Shown in pieces: positions 7,066-14,409 of a stretch of DNA of 38,422 nucleotides. Each line of letters opens with the position of its first letter. The stretch's first letter is position 1. A program made the translations under genes and the position numbers. The stretch is from Patescibacteria group bacterium (GTDB taxonomy: Bacteria; Patescibacteriota; Minisyncoccia; Phycocordibacterales; UBA2100): positions 1-38,422 of the forward strand of contig JANLHO010000057.1 of the NCBI GenBank assembly GCA_024654485.1. The letters run 5' to 3'. The notes beneath the pieces were generated by a model that saw only the letters and a program-made list of their open reading frames with translations, had not been told where the DNA came from and did not search any database.

Positions 7066-7659
7066 ATGGCCGCCGAAGCAGAAACAAAGACCGCACAGAG
7101 CAAAGAAGGCGCAGCATCTGCAGCGCCGCAGCGCCGCTCCATGCCGCCACATCGTGGAGCGCGCGGCCCTCGGCGCGGAGGTCCGCGCGATGATCGGCGC
7201 AGTGAATTCGCGCAAAAGCTGATAACCATTCGCCGCGTGGCGCGCGTCATGGCGGGCGGCCGCCGCTTCAACTTTTCCGCCGCGCTCGTACTCGGAGACA
7301 AAAAAGGTCGTGTCGGACTTGGCTTGGGTAAGGCTGCGGATACCGCTACGGCGATAGAAAAAGCGACAAGAGCTGCGAAGCGCAGCATGATAACGGTTGA
7401 CCTGACCAAGACACGCAGCATACCGCACGAGATAGAAGCGAAGTTCTGTGCATCCCGCGTTGCGATACGACCCAGCCCGGGCCGCGGACTCGTAGCCGGC
7501 TCATCCGTCCGCACCATACTTGAGCTTGCAGGCATCACCGATGTCACGGGGAAGCTTCTTTCGCGCAGCCACAATTCCATCAACAACGCCCGCGCCGCGC
7601 TGAAAGCTCTGCAGCAAATCGCCCCCGCGAAAGCCAAGCAGGTCACGGGCAAAAAATAG
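7066..7659 (+). CDS. rpsE: 30S ribosomal protein S5 (Arg/Gly-rich N-terminal extension)
   Basis: 197 aa with [29 protein letters not shown], an S5 core. Confidence 0.95.
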   Translation: [197 protein letters not shown]

Positions 7660-7662
7660 TAT

Positions 7663-7800
7663 GCCCGGCAGGACAATTTCGAATCGCTACCTTATGATGA
7701 ATAATCACACCAATAACGGTTACGTCATGATGAAAGAAACGAATTTTCACTTTGATCGGGTGAGCATCCACAAGAATTATTCGAAATTGTACTAGCCGGG
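7663..7800 (+). repeat. Long hairpin filling the rpsE-rplO spacer (where rpmD normally lies)
   Basis: GCCCGGCAGGACAATTTCGAAT (7663-7684) pairs with ATTCGAAATTGTACTAGCCGGG (7779-7800). No ORF lies between. Confidence 0.7.
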
Positions 7801-7801
7801 T

Positions 7802-8305
7802 ATGGCAACACTCAACCAGCTTAAGCGAATGACGAAGAGGCCGTACCGCAGGGTCGGCCGCGGTCAATCCTCTACTCGCGGCAAGCAATCCGGTCGCGGC
7901 GGCAAGGGGCAGACAGCCCGCGCCGGTGCGAAAGTGCGCCCCGCCATGCGCGACATCATAAAGAAGCTCCCGAAGCGACGCGGCTTCGGGAAGAACCGTG
8001 CGCGTACCGTGGACGGCACCCGGCCGGTCGCTTTGGCGCTCTCCGTATCGCGCCTTGAAGCGCTTTTTGAGGGCGGCGCCGAGGTCACTCAGAAGGCGTT
8101 TATTGAGAAAAAGATAGTTTCGGCGCGGCTGCACCGTCCGGTCAAGATAGTCGGCGGCGGGGAGCTTTCCAAGAAATTCATCCTAAAAGGCGTTCCCGTT
8201 TCGGCCTCGGCCAGGAGTGCGATTGAGAAAGCGGGAGGTAGCATTATAGAATCCGCCCAAGGCGGATCGGCCTTGGGCCGAAAAGCCGGCGGCAGCGTCG
8301 CATAA
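7802..8305 (+). CDS. rplO: 50S ribosomal protein L15
   Basis: 167 aa starting MATLNQLK, with GRGQSSTRGKQSGRGGKGQ. Confidence 0.93.
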   Translation: MATLNQLKRMTKRPYRRVGRGQSSTRGKQSGRGGKGQTARAGAKVRPAMRDIIKKLPKRRGFGKNRARTVDGTRPVALALSVSRLEALFEGGAEVTQKAFIEKKIVSARLHRPVKIVGGGELSKKFILKGVPVSASARSAIEKAGGSIIESAQGGSALGRKAGGSVA

Positions 8306-8313
8306 ATTAAGAT

Positions 8314-9588
8314 ATGTGGGAAACATTTTTGCGCAAGATGAAGCTGGTCGTGGAGGACGGTGAGTTGCGCACGCGCATACTATTCGTCCTCGCGGCGCTC
8401 GTAGTCTTCCGATTTCTCGCGGCTATTCCGATACCCGGCATCAATGTGGCGGAACTTCAGGGATTCCTGAGCGGCAATCAGTTCTTCGGGCTGCTAAACA
8501 TCTTCTCCGGCGGCGGATTCTCCAATCTATCCATAGTTATGCTCGGCGTGGGGCCGTACATAACCGCTTCCATCGTCATGCAGCTCATGACGATACTTAT
8601 CCCGAGACTCAAAGAAATGTATCAGGAGGAAGGGGATTCCGGACGGCAGCGTTTCATGCAATATTCGCGCTATCTTACTGTGCCTCTCGCATTCGTACAG
8701 GCTTTCGGCTTCCTTCTTCTGTTGCAGCAAAACGGAATCGTGCCGGAATTGGCGCTCTCGCAGCTTCTGACCAACGTAACCGTTATCGCGGCCGGTTCCA
8801 TACTGCTTATGTGGATAGGCGAGCTTATCTCGGAATTCGGAGTCGGCAACGGCGTGTCGCTCATCATATTCGCCGGTATCGTGTCCAGTATTCCCACGAG
8901 CGTCGCGCAATTTGTTTTCTCTTTTGACGTTTCGCAGCTGCCAGCATACATCGCATTCACGGCAGCCGCTTTGGTAATCACTGCGGGCGTCGTGTTTATC
9001 ACAGAAGCGGAGCGCCCCATACCCGTCACGTATTCGCGTCGCGTACGCGGTATGAAGGTACTCGGCGGCATATCCACCTATCTCCCGATACGCGTCAACC
9101 AAGCGGGGGTAATACCGATAATCTTCGCACTCTCCATGCTGCTTTTCCCGCAGATGATAGCGACCTTTGTTGCGCGAAGCTCCATTCCCATATTGGCCGA
9201 CGCCGCGAATGCCGTTGTTGCGGGCCTAGCCGACCAATGGATATACGGCATCCTTTACTTCGCTCTCGTCGTTCTCTTTACGTACTTCTACACCGCCATC
9301 ACCTTTGAGCCGAACCAAGTGGCGAAAAACCTCCAGAAGAACGGCGCTTTTATCCCCGGCGTTCGCCCGGGTGGGCAGACCAGCGAGCATCTCGGCAACA
9401 TAATCACGCGCATTACTCTTGTCGGCGCGCTTTTCCTCGGCTCTCTTGCAGTCCTGCCGCTTATCTTGCGCGGCATCACGGGCATCACCGCGCTAACGAT
9501 AGGTGGCACGGCGCTCCTCATCGTGGTGTCCGTCGTTCTTGATGTCGTTAAGAAGGTAGACGCACAGACATCCATCAGGGAATACTAG
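8314..9588 (+). CDS. secY: Preprotein translocase subunit SecY
   Basis: 424-aa polytopic membrane protein in the conserved position after rplO. Confidence 0.97.
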   Translation: MWETFLRKMKLVVEDGELRTRILFVLAALVVFRFLAAIPIPGINVAELQGFLSGNQFFGLLNIFSGGGFSNLSIVMLGVGPYITASIVMQLMTILIPRLKEMYQEEGDSGRQRFMQYSRYLTVPLAFVQAFGFLLLLQQNGIVPELALSQLLTNVTVIAAGSILLMWIGELISEFGVGNGVSLIIFAGIVSSIPTSVAQFVFSFDVSQLPAYIAFTAAALVITAGVVFITEAERPIPVTYSRRVRGMKVLGGISTYLPIRVNQAGVIPIIFALSMLLFPQMIATFVARSSIPILADAANAVVAGLADQWIYGILYFALVVLFTYFYTAITFEPNQVAKNLQKNGAFIPGVRPGGQTSEHLGNIITRITLVGALFLGSLAVLPLILRGITGITALTIGGTALLIVVSVVLDVVKKVDAQTSIREY

Positions 9589-10802
9589 ATGTCGTACCGG
9601 TCTCTGGTGTCATACCCGATTACGACGAACAGTTTGCCGCTTTCCGTTTCAGCAAGTTTCTTTGCGACATCTATCCCCGTTATCGTTGAGCGTCCATAGC
9701 GCTTCATGTCTTGGCGTTCAGATTCCTTAATGTCGGTTCGTACGACCTCTTCCGGCAAGTCTCTCCCGCTGCCCTCAAACTCACTCACGGTCTTTGAATC
9801 CGCGAATTCCCGTACGTCTGCCACGAGTTTCGCGGCTTGCTTGATAGCTGCGAACTCTATACCAGCAAAGGCTTGCCCTGGATGACGGTGCCGGGAGAAA
9901 TCTTCCGCTTTGAACCCCGCGAGCATCTCCTCGCGAACCTCTTTGCCATATTTTTCCTCGAACGCGACGCCTGCGGAGAATGGCTCATACGCGACAACTC
10001 GTGTCTCAGGCGCGATCTCCCTGAAGCGCTCCGTAATGCCGAGCGTGTTCGTTCCGTTGCCGACGGCCGACAATATGACGACATCCAGTGCCTCGTGCAT
10101 CGGTAAATCACGTTCTATCTCATCTGTTATCGCGTGCATTGTTTGCACGGCGTTCTCGTTCACGTCGCTGCCTGCACCGAGGATATTGCCCATGCTGTGA
10201 TTTATGAAAACTACATTGGCATGTTCTTTGAGATATTCATTCAGGAACGGTTTAAATCCGTTAACGTATAACTCAGGCGGGGTCATGTGCAGCCGTGCAC
10301 CTGCGGCCTCGATAGCCTCTTCTCGGGGCTTCTCTCCATCGGCTGGTATAGCGACCTCGCATCGGTATCCCAATCGCCTGCCCATTTCAGCGAAAGATAC
10401 GCCGGCGGTGCCAGAGGTAGTTTCAAGTACCGTGTCACCCGGTTTGATAATGCCAAGCCGCTCCTTTTCTTCGAACAAACGCAGATATACGCGGTCGTAA
10501 TGACTGTGGCCTACACCGTTCTCGAACTCCTGCTTCACGAAAAGCCTGTTTCCGTTCGGCAGTATATCTTCATGTTCCACGAGCGGCGTATCGCCGACTT
10601 CTTCCGCAAGTTCATCATATAGTGCTTGTCTGTCGGTCGGCAGCTCCACACCTTTGACAAATCGGTGCATTTGCAATGCGTGGCCGTATTCGCTCGTCGC
10701 TTGCGCAATACGCAGTTTTCTCTGGCGCGTGGTCTTTCTGGGAGTATCTCTCAACTCTTTGGCGATATGGTCACGATACTGCCGATGGTCGAAGTCTTCC
10801 AT
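9585..10802 (-). CDS. Fold-type II PLP enzyme-like protein (CysK/CBS-like), apparently lacking the catalytic lysine
   Basis: Contains ETTSGTAGVSFA, the Gly-rich loop SAVGNGTNTLG, and the C-terminal VVIGYDTRDRY. The S-x-K-D-R position reads SHYDR. Start ATG 10802 was chosen from -10 spacing; the ORF opens at TTG 10847. Confidence 0.65.
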   Translation of the reverse strand: MEDFDHRQYRDHIAKELRDTPRKTTRQRKLRIAQATSEYGHALQMHRFVKGVELPTDRQALYDELAEEVGDTPLVEHEDILPNGNRLFVKQEFENGVGHSHYDRVYLRLFEEKERLGIIKPGDTVLETTSGTAGVSFAEMGRRLGYRCEVAIPADGEKPREEAIEAAGARLHMTPPELYVNGFKPFLNEYLKEHANVVFINHSMGNILGAGSDVNENAVQTMHAITDEIERDLPMHEALDVVILSAVGNGTNTLGITERFREIAPETRVVAYEPFSAGVAFEEKYGKEVREEMLAGFKAEDFSRHRHPGQAFAGIEFAAIKQAAKLVADVREFADSKTVSEFEGSGRDLPEEVVRTDIKESERQDMKRYGRSTITGIDVAKKLAETESGKLFVVIGYDTRDRYDI

Positions 10803-10808
10803 GCCAAT

Positions 10809-10814
10809 ATGATA
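10809..10814 (-). promoter_or_regulatory. -10 box, leaderless-type spacing
   Basis: TATCAT, 6 nt before ATG 10802 (minus strand). Confidence 0.4.
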
Positions 10815-10863
10815 CCCCATGACGGGTAGATGGAAGGATATCGTCAATCGGGGCGTGAAATGT

Positions 10864-10869
10864 TAGGAT
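10864..10869 (+). promoter_or_regulatory. -10 box, leaderless-type spacing
   Basis: TAGGAT, 7 nt before ATG 10877. Confidence 0.45.
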
Positions 10870-10876
10870 GGCGCGA

Positions 10877-11455
10877 ATGGCAAAGCAGGTAGTCGTGATA
10901 GCGGGACCATCGGGTAGCGGGAAAAATACCGTGATAACGCGCATCATGCAGGGATGTCACAATTGCGCTCGTCTCGTCACCGCTACGACGCGCAGCATGC
11001 GTCCGGGCGAGGTGGACGGGGTGGACTACCATTTTTTTACGCAGGAGCGTTTTGACGAAGAGATGTCAGCCGGCAACATCCCCGAGCACCGCTTCGTTCC
11101 CGCGCTTGGCACCTACTACGGCACATATTTGCCGGACCTTGAAAGACGCATAAAGGACAAAAAGGTAGTTTTCGCGCAGGTGGATATAGAGGGGGCCAAG
11201 CTACTCAAGGAGCGCTACGGAGCGACCACCATTTTCATCATGCCGGAATCCGTAGAGCAGTTCCGCGCGCGCCTTCGCGCCCGCAATCCGGAGTGGAGCA
11301 AGAAAGAGTTTGAGGCGCGGATGGCTATCACCGAGAACGAGATGCGCGCTCATGCTCCCCAGTACGATTATCGTGTAGTCAACGCGGATGGCAGGCTGGA
11401 CGAAACGGCACGCGAGGTTGTGGAAATCTTGCGCAAAGAGGGATACAATCTCTAG
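10877..11455 (+). CDS. gmk: Guanylate kinase
   Basis: GPSGSGKNT P-loop and TTRSMRPGEVDGVDYHFF. An alternative start is ATG 10868. Confidence 0.85.
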   Translation: MAKQVVVIAGPSGSGKNTVITRIMQGCHNCARLVTATTRSMRPGEVDGVDYHFFTQERFDEEMSAGNIPEHRFVPALGTYYGTYLPDLERRIKDKKVVFAQVDIEGAKLLKERYGATTIFIMPESVEQFRARLRARNPEWSKKEFEARMAITENEMRAHAPQYDYRVVNADGRLDETAREVVEILRKEGYNL

Positions 11456-11600
11456 GAATTGTTATGAGCGAAGCGAATTATAATTTCTTGACCCTGTTTA
11501 ATCCCGCTAAAAGCGGGTCGCCGCAAAGCGGCGAATTTAACAGGGTGCAAGTGATTCTAACCTCCTCACTAACTGGCAAGTCGCCAAGAATCACTAACAT
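11456..11600 (+). repeat. Structured intergenic element, family A copy 3
   Basis: Loop GAGCGAAGCGA at 11466-11476. Compensated stem ACCCTGTTTAAT/ATTTAACAGGGT (11491-11502/11535-11546). TTCTAAC at 11555-11561. Pre-ATG motif GTCGCCAAGAATCACTAACAT. Confidence 0.7.
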
Positions 11601-12188
11601 ATGAAGCCCCTAACGGTTCTTTTTTTCGGGTCGCAAGGGGCCGGCAAGGGGACGCAGGTCAAGATGCTCATGGATTTGCTGCGCTCCAAATCCGACAGGG
11701 AAATTATCCGCATAGACATGGGTCAGGAATTGCGGAACTTGAGGGACACCGGCACGTATGCGGGGAAGCTGACGGGCGAGATAATAGACAACGGAATTCG
11801 CATATATGATTTCATGGCTATTTATCTTCAGACAAAGTTGCTGATGGAGAATTTTACGGGCGAAGAACACATAATAGCCGACGGTCTGGCTCGCGGCGAC
11901 GACCAGACGAGAGGGTTTGACGACATGATGAAATTCTTCAAGCGCGATGATCTTCAGGTGGTCAATCTTGTTATATCCGACGATACAGCGGTCAAGCGCC
12001 TCTTGGCGCGGGGCCGCAACGACGACACGGAGGAGGCGATACGAAGGCGTCTCGCGTGGACCAAGACGGATGTCCTGCCGCAGTTGGAGCTTTTGAAAAG
12101 CCGCGGGCGCACCGTACACGAAATAGACGGCGAGCCGGACGTCAAGACGATACACAATAATATACTCGCGGCACTCGGATTGTCATGA
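11601..12188 (+). CDS. adk: Adenylate kinase (short, no zinc lid)
   Basis: GSQGAGKGTQ P-loop, 195 aa, in the conserved position before map. Confidence 0.85.
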   Translation: MKPLTVLFFGSQGAGKGTQVKMLMDLLRSKSDREIIRIDMGQELRNLRDTGTYAGKLTGEIIDNGIRIYDFMAIYLQTKLLMENFTGEEHIIADGLARGDDQTRGFDDMMKFFKRDDLQVVNLVISDDTAVKRLLARGRNDDTEEAIRRRLAWTKTDVLPQLELLKSRGRTVHEIDGEPDVKTIHNNILAALGLS

Positions 12189-12318
12189 CCCGCACACTAA
12201 TTTTGCCGATGCCTCTTATGAACACTGCCGATTACATGGAAATGATTATCAATAGTCAGCATTCCGCGCGCGTAGCATATTGCTACGGCACGGAATGTCG
12301 GCAATTTTAGTGTGCGGG
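12189..12318 (+). repeat. 130-nt hairpin element flanked by CATGA direct repeats (adk-map junction)
   Basis: Inverted ends at 12189-12209 and 12298-12318. CATGA occurs at 12184-12188 and again at 12319-12323. Confidence 0.75.
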
Positions 12319-12319
12319 C

Positions 12320-13087
12320 ATGATAGTAAGAACGAAATCGGATGTTGCGGCGTTGAGAGAAGGCGGCAAGAGGCTCGCTCGTCATGTGCGCGTCCTGAGC
12401 GAGATGGTCGCCCCCGGCATCACGTCGCGCGAGCTTGAGATGCATGCACGAGAGAGGGTGCGTGCGGAGGGCGACGAGATGGCTTTTTTCGGACACAAAG
12501 AGAGGAACGAAGAGCCGTACCCTTCTGGCCTGTGTCTTTCGGTGAACGACGTTATCGTGCATTCACCCGCAGGGCAGAACGAGGTAGTAATACAGGATGG
12601 CGACATCGTGTGTCTGGACTTCGGTATCAAGCACGAGGGGCTCATCACCGACCATGCGGTAACGGTGATAGCGGGCACGCCGAAGAGTCCGGCCGACGAG
12701 AAGCTGGTGCGCGGCACGTATGAGGCGCTTGCTGCGGGCATCAAAGAGGCTAAGCCCGGCAATACGACTGGAGATATAGGATACGCGGTGCAGCAGATCG
12801 CCGAGAAATACGGCTTCGGCTACCCGAAACACCTCTCCGGGCACGGCGTCGGGCTGAAGGTACACGAGGAGCCGCACGTACCCAATTTCGGAGAGCCGGG
12901 CAAAGGAGTGAAGCTTGTGGAGGGGTTGGTGATAGCCATTGAGCCGATGATGACGCTGGGAAGCGGTGAGCTGTATATAGACAAAGACGGCAGGTCGTAC
13001 CGCACGAAGGATGGCTCGCGCACCGCGCACGCGGAGCACACAGTACTCGTCACCAAAAAAGGCCCGGAGATTTTGACCAAGGAATAG
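12320..13087 (+). CDS. map: Type I methionine aminopeptidase
   Basis: 255 aa with metal-site motifs (DIVCLDFG, GHGVGLKVHEEP, IEPM). Confidence 0.95.
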   Translation: MIVRTKSDVAALREGGKRLARHVRVLSEMVAPGITSRELEMHARERVRAEGDEMAFFGHKERNEEPYPSGLCLSVNDVIVHSPAGQNEVVIQDGDIVCLDFGIKHEGLITDHAVTVIAGTPKSPADEKLVRGTYEALAAGIKEAKPGNTTGDIGYAVQQIAEKYGFGYPKHLSGHGVGLKVHEEPHVPNFGEPGKGVKLVEGLVIAIEPMMTLGSGELYIDKDGRSYRTKDGSRTAHAEHTVLVTKKGPEILTKE

Positions 13088-13089
13088 AG

Positions 13090-13095
13090 TAGAAT
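13090..13095 (+). promoter_or_regulatory. -10 box, leaderless-type spacing
   Basis: TAGAAT, 6 nt before ATG 13102. Confidence 0.5.
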
Positions 13096-13101
13096 GCCAG
13101 C

Positions 13102-13641
13102 ATGAATATCACGTTGTTCGGCTCCGAGAATGAAGTTGCCGATATCTACAAGCAAGCAACTGTCGAGCTAGCCGGACTTGTCGCCAAGGGTGGGCATACC
13201 ATTGTATGGGGAGCAATCGACGGTGGTCTTATGAAGGTTGCGGTCGACACCATGCAAGCACGTGGCGCAAAAATTATCGGCATCGGCGCCGATTACATCA
13301 GAAGCAAAATGCGTGCCTCGGCGGATGAAATCATAATGGCGTCCGGTATGGACGATCGCAACACGAAAATGTTGGAGTATGGTGACGCTATTCTCGCCCT
13401 CCCGGGCGGCGTTGGAACGATAAATGAAGTTACGTACGTTTTGCGGCTCAAGAAGCACGGATTCGCAAAGCCGATAGCTGTGCTGAATACGGACGGATTC
13501 TTCGACGGGCTCAAAGCACAATTGGAGCGCATGAACGCGGAAGGTTTCCTCAAGAATCGTCTTGAGGGTATTGCCTGTTTCGCCGACACGCCCGAAGAGG
13601 CGATGCGGTATGTTGAGAAGCATGGTGCCGGCGCTCTTTGA
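13102..13641 (+). CDS. LOG-family (TIGR00730-like) Rossmann-fold nucleotide-binding protein
   Basis: 179 aa with the PGGVGTINE motif (PGGxGTxxE). Confidence 0.8.
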   Translation: MNITLFGSENEVADIYKQATVELAGLVAKGGHTIVWGAIDGGLMKVAVDTMQARGAKIIGIGADYIRSKMRASADEIIMASGMDDRNTKMLEYGDAILALPGGVGTINEVTYVLRLKKHGFAKPIAVLNTDGFFDGLKAQLERMNAEGFLKNRLEGIACFADTPEEAMRYVEKHGAGAL

Positions 13642-13701
13642 GTAGGCATATTACGGTGCTGGACAATGCAAGTTAACAATGCATCCGCCTATTCTAGAGA
13701 C

Positions 13702-13738
13702 GGTACAAATAAATGACACCTGTCATCCATTTGGTACC
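13702..13738. promoter_or_regulatory. 37-bp dyad, candidate operator copy 1
   Basis: GGTACA-AATAA-ATGACA-CC-TGTCAT-CCATT-TGGTACC, immediately 3' of the regulator stop codon. Confidence 0.5.
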
Positions 13739-13739
13739 A

Positions 13740-14312
13740 CTATTTCAACCCGAAATGCTTCGTGAGTTTCTCCGAGCCATCAATATTTTCTGCGCTGATG
13801 AACGAAACGTACTTTGTGATTCCATAAAATCGGCAAATCGGCAGCACGGTATCCCTTATCGGAAATGGATAAACGAGTACGGATTGCTGGTATTGCACTA
13901 ATCCAAGACCAAGCAATATACGGTTGAACGCTTTTCGCGCGGAAGATTCAGGGAGTGGGATATCAAATAAAACAAGGTGCCACGTTCCGTTCCAGTGTTG
14001 TTGACGAGGGATGCGAAGATTCTCCAGTTCTGCGGCGGACAGTATGCGCGAACCCTTGTCGCTGACGGCATATCTAACGCCATGTTTGGCAAGATACCCC
14101 TGTTTCTTCATGTTGCGGACCTTGCGTGATACGTACCGTCTGTTCTCGCGAGTGTCGCCGAGCGTGAATTCTTTGAGAAGACGGTTCATGGCGCGAGGCG
14201 ATGGAGCGCCGCCGAGCCCGATTACCAGCGCTCCTATGGCGATCATTTGTAGTATTTGCACTGTGCGTTGTCGGCCGATGCTCCTTTTGTTAGCAATTGC
14301 AGATTTCCTCAT
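13740..14312 (-). CDS. PaaX-like/Cas2-fold transcriptional regulator-like protein
   Basis: WNGTWHLVLFDIP...GLVQYQQSVLVYP module plus a wHTH-like RKVRNMKKQGYLAK. Start ATG 14312 (MRKSAIANK) is preferred over the longer ORF. Confidence 0.55.
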   Translation of the reverse strand: MRKSAIANKRSIGRQRTVQILQMIAIGALVIGLGGAPSPRAMNRLLKEFTLGDTRENRRYVSRKVRNMKKQGYLAKHGVRYAVSDKGSRILSAAELENLRIPRQQHWNGTWHLVLFDIPLPESSARKAFNRILLGLGLVQYQQSVLVYPFPIRDTVLPICRFYGITKYVSFISAENIDGSEKLTKHFGLK

Positions 14313-14319
14313 ATTATGC

Positions 14320-14355
14320 GGTACAGATAAATGACACCTGTCATGTAATTGTACC
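14320..14355. promoter_or_regulatory. 36-bp dyad, candidate operator copy 2 (regulator/purD divergent region)
   Basis: GGTACA-GATAA-ATGACA-CC-TGTCAT-GTAAT-TGTACC. On the minus strand it contains TACAAT (14348-14353). Confidence 0.5.
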
Positions 14356-14396
14356 ATCCGGAGGAGTTCTCGGTAATGGATGACGATGAACGGTGA

Positions 14397-14402
14397 TACA
14401 AT
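14397..14402 (+). promoter_or_regulatory. -10 box, leaderless-type spacing
   Basis: TACAAT, 7 nt before ATG 14410. Confidence 0.5.
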
Positions 14403-14409
14403 CCTGTCT

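Noticed and set aside
13713-13901. 62-aa plus-strand ORF starting inside dyad copy 1, antisense to the regulator 3' end
   Set aside because: It has no motif and lies antisense to a better-supported gene. The only -10-like hexamer (TACAAA) is 3 nt from its ATG and lacks the terminal T. It might mark an antisense transcript, but not a credible CDS.
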